Below, piece by piece: positions 60,895 to 64,000 of a stretch of DNA of 64,000 nt. A program made the position numbers and the translations under genes. Below the pieces are notes generated by a model. That model did no database searches. It was given only the letters and a program-made list of their open reading frames with translations, and was not told the DNA's origin. Source of the DNA: Centroscyllium fabricii. Taxonomy: Eukaryota. Position 1 is the stretch's first letter; each line of letters opens with the position of its first letter. The stretch covers positions 28,954,001-29,018,000 of the forward strand of contig JBNRSN020000018.1 of assembly GCA_051313645.2 (NCBI GenBank), written 5' to 3'.

Positions 60895-61562
60895 CTGGGC
60901 GCTAAGTTGGGGGCTAAGTGGTAGCGCCCCAACGAATTTAGCGCCCAGCTGGATGTCGTGAATTACATTATCAGGCCGCGCAGCATCTGGGAGGTGCTGT
61001 GCGGCTGAAATTGGGCAGTGCCCGCCGTTTTATCGCGGGGCGCTGCCCGCGCCAGCTTTTTGCAGTCCTAACAACAGCGCCCGAGCGCTGCTTAAAGGGA
61101 AGTGCGGCGGTCGGCAATTTTTATTGCTGGCCGACCGCCAGCACCTTCCCCCTCAGCCTCCTCCGGCCTCCTCCGCTGCTCCCCGGCGGGGTGAGGCCTC
61201 CCTCAGCTGAGCCCGGCACTTCCCCCGAGTGCCGGGCTCGTTATGCGGCTCCCGGTCCCTCGGCGGCCCCGCGGGGCTCTGGCTGCAGCCGTGCTAGGCC
61301 CCTCCCCTTTAATGGGGGAGGCCGGCCTGCTGTTCCACGGGCCGCCGCTGTGGTCTCCCTCGCGCAGTGTGGCGCCGGCGCCCAGGTTTTCGGCCGCCAC
61401 ACACTAAGAGCGAGGCGGTCCGCCTGACCTCATCGCCCGCTCAAACGGAATGGCTGATACGGCCAATATTGGCATTTTTAGCACCAGCGATGAGCTGGCG
61501 CTAAAAATAGCTCATCGCCCAGGTCAGCGCCACTATTTGTGCGCTGACTAATTTTTTGCCCA
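60895..61562. mobile_element. GC-rich Harbinger-type MITE, left end missing
   Basis: Colinear with 38866-39504. Confidence 0.78.
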
Positions 61563-61564
61563 AT

Positions 61565-62152
61565 AGCGCGGAAATTATGATGACCCTGTATAAAACACTG
61601 GTTTGGCCTCAACTGGAATATTGTGTCCAATTCTGGGCACCGCACTTTAGGAAGGATGTGAAGGCCTTAGAGACGGTGCAGAAAAGATTTACGAGAATGA
61701 TTCCAGGGATAAGGGACTTCAGTTACGTGGATAGACTAGAGAAGTTGGGATTGTTCTCCTTGGAGCAGAGAAGATTGAGAGGAGATTTGATAGAGGTGTT
61801 CAAAATCATGAGGGTCTGGACAGAATAGATAGAGAGAAACTGTTCCCATTGGCAGAAGGTTCGAGAACCAGAGGACACAGATTTAAGGTGATTGGCAGAA
61901 GAACCAAAGGCGACAGGAAGAGAAACTTTCTTATGCAGCGAGTGGTTAGGATTCTGGAATGCACTGCCTGAAAGGGTGGTGGAGGCAGACTCAATCGTAG
62001 CTTTCAAAAGGGAGTTGGATAAGTACCTGAAAGAAAACAATTTGCAGGGCTATGGGGAAAGGGCGGGGGAGTGGGACTAGCTGAAGTGCTCTTGCAGAGA
62101 GCCGGCACGGGCTAGACGGGCCGAATGGCCTCCTTCTGTGCTGCAACCATTA
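61565..62152 (+). mobile_element. CR1 3' fragment
   Basis: LYKTLVWPQLEYCVQFWAP, RLRGDLIEVFK, WNALPERVVE. Confidence 0.87.
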
Positions 62153-62154
62153 TA

Positions 62155-62946
62155 GGGGGGATTTTGCCGGAAGTGTGGGAACCTGGCGGGCATTGGTCTG
62201 GGCAGGTTCCTGTCCCGCCCGCCCAAGGGCCTGCGAAGCCCACGCAATTTTAATTTAATTGGGTTGTTAAATCCCCGCCAGCGGCAGCTGGTGGTAATTA
62301 ACTCAATCGAGTCAGGCTGCAGCGGGGCTGCGAGGAGCTTGATTGACAGTTCCAGCACTGGTTGTTGACAGTTCCCATGGAAACACTCCACTGTGACATC
62401 ACAGTCGAGTGGAACCAATGAGAAAGGTCAAGTGCTGGTGACTGACAGGTGGGCGGGCGGGCTCCGAATCCTTGACAGCTCGGCAGCGGCTGTGAGCAAA
62501 TGTGCAAAGCTGAGATTTCTCAGTTTTTGCCCACAGCTGGTCCACACACCACGGAGTAACTTACTCCTCTAAGGTGCTGGAGGCATGCCAAGCATTTGGC
62601 AGCATGTCCTTCACACCTTGAAGGAGAAAGTAGTGACCAGCGCTGTTCTCCCACTGGGTTTCACCCAGCAGGGTTTAAGGTGACAGGGTTAGGGTGGCAA
62701 ACGGCTCAAAATGGCTGAGGGCTCTTAAAATGGCATTAAACATGCCAATTAAAGGTCCTTAACGAGGTGACAACCCATCCCCGCCGGCTGCTGGCGGGAA
62801 GGTTTCGGGGTGGGGAATCAGGGTGAGGGAAAATGATAAAGCGGTGGGTATCCGGCAAGGGGGGGGGGTCGCGACCCACTGGATGCGCTATTTTGCCAGC
62901 TGAGCCGCCAAAAACCCCGCCTCACGGGGACATGAAATTCTCCCCC
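62155..62946. mobile_element. Harbinger-type MITE related to 41542-42321
   Basis: Imperfect TIRs GGGGGGATTTT / AAATTCTCCCCC; shared internal blocks (TTTCACC(C)AGC, CTTAAAATG...CATGCCAATTA). Confidence 0.6.
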
Positions 62947-64000
62947 AAAGATTCTAAAATGGAAGGTTCCAGAGTTTGTCAGAATAAACCTTGGGTGTAC
63001 CCCCATTTGCTGATAGTCATTAATACCCATCTGAGATATCAATGGTGCTCCAAATTGTGTTCAATTGCTGTCCAGATTTATGTCTAATATGTTTTATCAA
63101 ATAAATTCATCCTTCTATTTTTAACTTTGAAAGTCTATCAGTGATCAGTGACTTAGAGAATGGAGTCAAGCCACTACATTAGTAATGGAAAATTTAGTGG
63201 AATCTAGAAGGGAGCAATGGAATAGCAAAGCGAGAGTCAGGGATTGAGAGTCAGGGATTGAGAGCAGTGGGCCAAGAGGTTGTTACTGACTGCAACAGGC
63301 CAAGAACCTGGTACTGAGTGCAACATGGCATACTGTTTATGTTATTCGTCTAGTAATCTTGAGGCCTGGACTAATAATCTGGAGACAATGGGCTGGAATT
63401 TATCAATGAGGGCACGTTGGGGGCAGGGCTGCTGGTTGTCGGGTTTCAGTCCCGCCCCCAACTATGTCCGGCCAACCAACGCTATTTTCCCTTCATTGAT
63501 CCTGCGGGCTTAGCAGTCCAATTAATGGAAAGCCGGTGATAGAGGGAGTCAGCGAATTTTTGACAGATTAATTGTCTTTGTTTGACAGCTTTGAGAAGCT
63601 GTGAAACACTGACAATCTCTCTTGTTTGGTGAGTCCTTGTACTCAAGACTCACCAAACCTCTTTCCTGAGCAGAAATCAGATGGCTGTTGCATTGGAGAA
63701 TGCAGCAGCCATTCTGTCATCTCTGCCGTGGAGATGAGAAGCCTTAGGATCCCCAAGGGCTGAAGCCTGCAGGAAGAAACTGTCATGGGTGGACTGTCCC
63801 TTTAAATTTCTATGCTTCTTTTCTGTTATTGGCTTTAATTACCTGTTGTCATGTCTCACACCTGATTGGCCAGCTCCAAGCATACAGTTGAGCTAGAGCT
63901 GGATATAAACTCCCTGCTGGCTCTTGGCCTTTGTCGGATTGTTATTTTCATGTCACTTGTTGAAGTGTTCTGTGTTGCTTTACCTGTTACTGTTGTATTA

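Overview
Repeat-dominated vertebrate genomic DNA, most likely from a cartilaginous fish. This is inferred from HE1-like V-SINEs with CR1 tails, SacSINE1-like Deu-domain SINEs and abundant CR1/Rex1/Penelope elements. No host protein-coding gene could be identified with confidence; a GC/CpG-rich promoter-like island lies at about 52.3-52.85 kb, and there are a few unverified exon-like segments. Resolved elements: two decayed PIF/Harbinger transposons (DDE transposase plus a convergent 3-exon Myb/SANT gene); two full-length Gypsy LTR retrotransposons with TSDs (10320-16388 +, 18615-27652 -); a related solo LTR; a young non-autonomous Gypsy derivative (48789-50776); Penelope-like elements with hammerhead ribozyme motifs; seven Rex1/Babar LINE pieces; many CR1/L2 pieces; several MITEs; and three minisatellites. 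The most unusual object is nested in the second Gypsy (20207-24099). It is a very young non-coding LTR element with giant 1.8-2.0 kb LTRs, only 146 bp of internal sequence (tRNA-Pro PBS + PPT) and a 4-bp TSD, and each LTR holds a tandem array of ~200-nt units that show strand-specific, co-varying base pairing. All coordinates and pairings were read by eye; no searches or folding programs were run.
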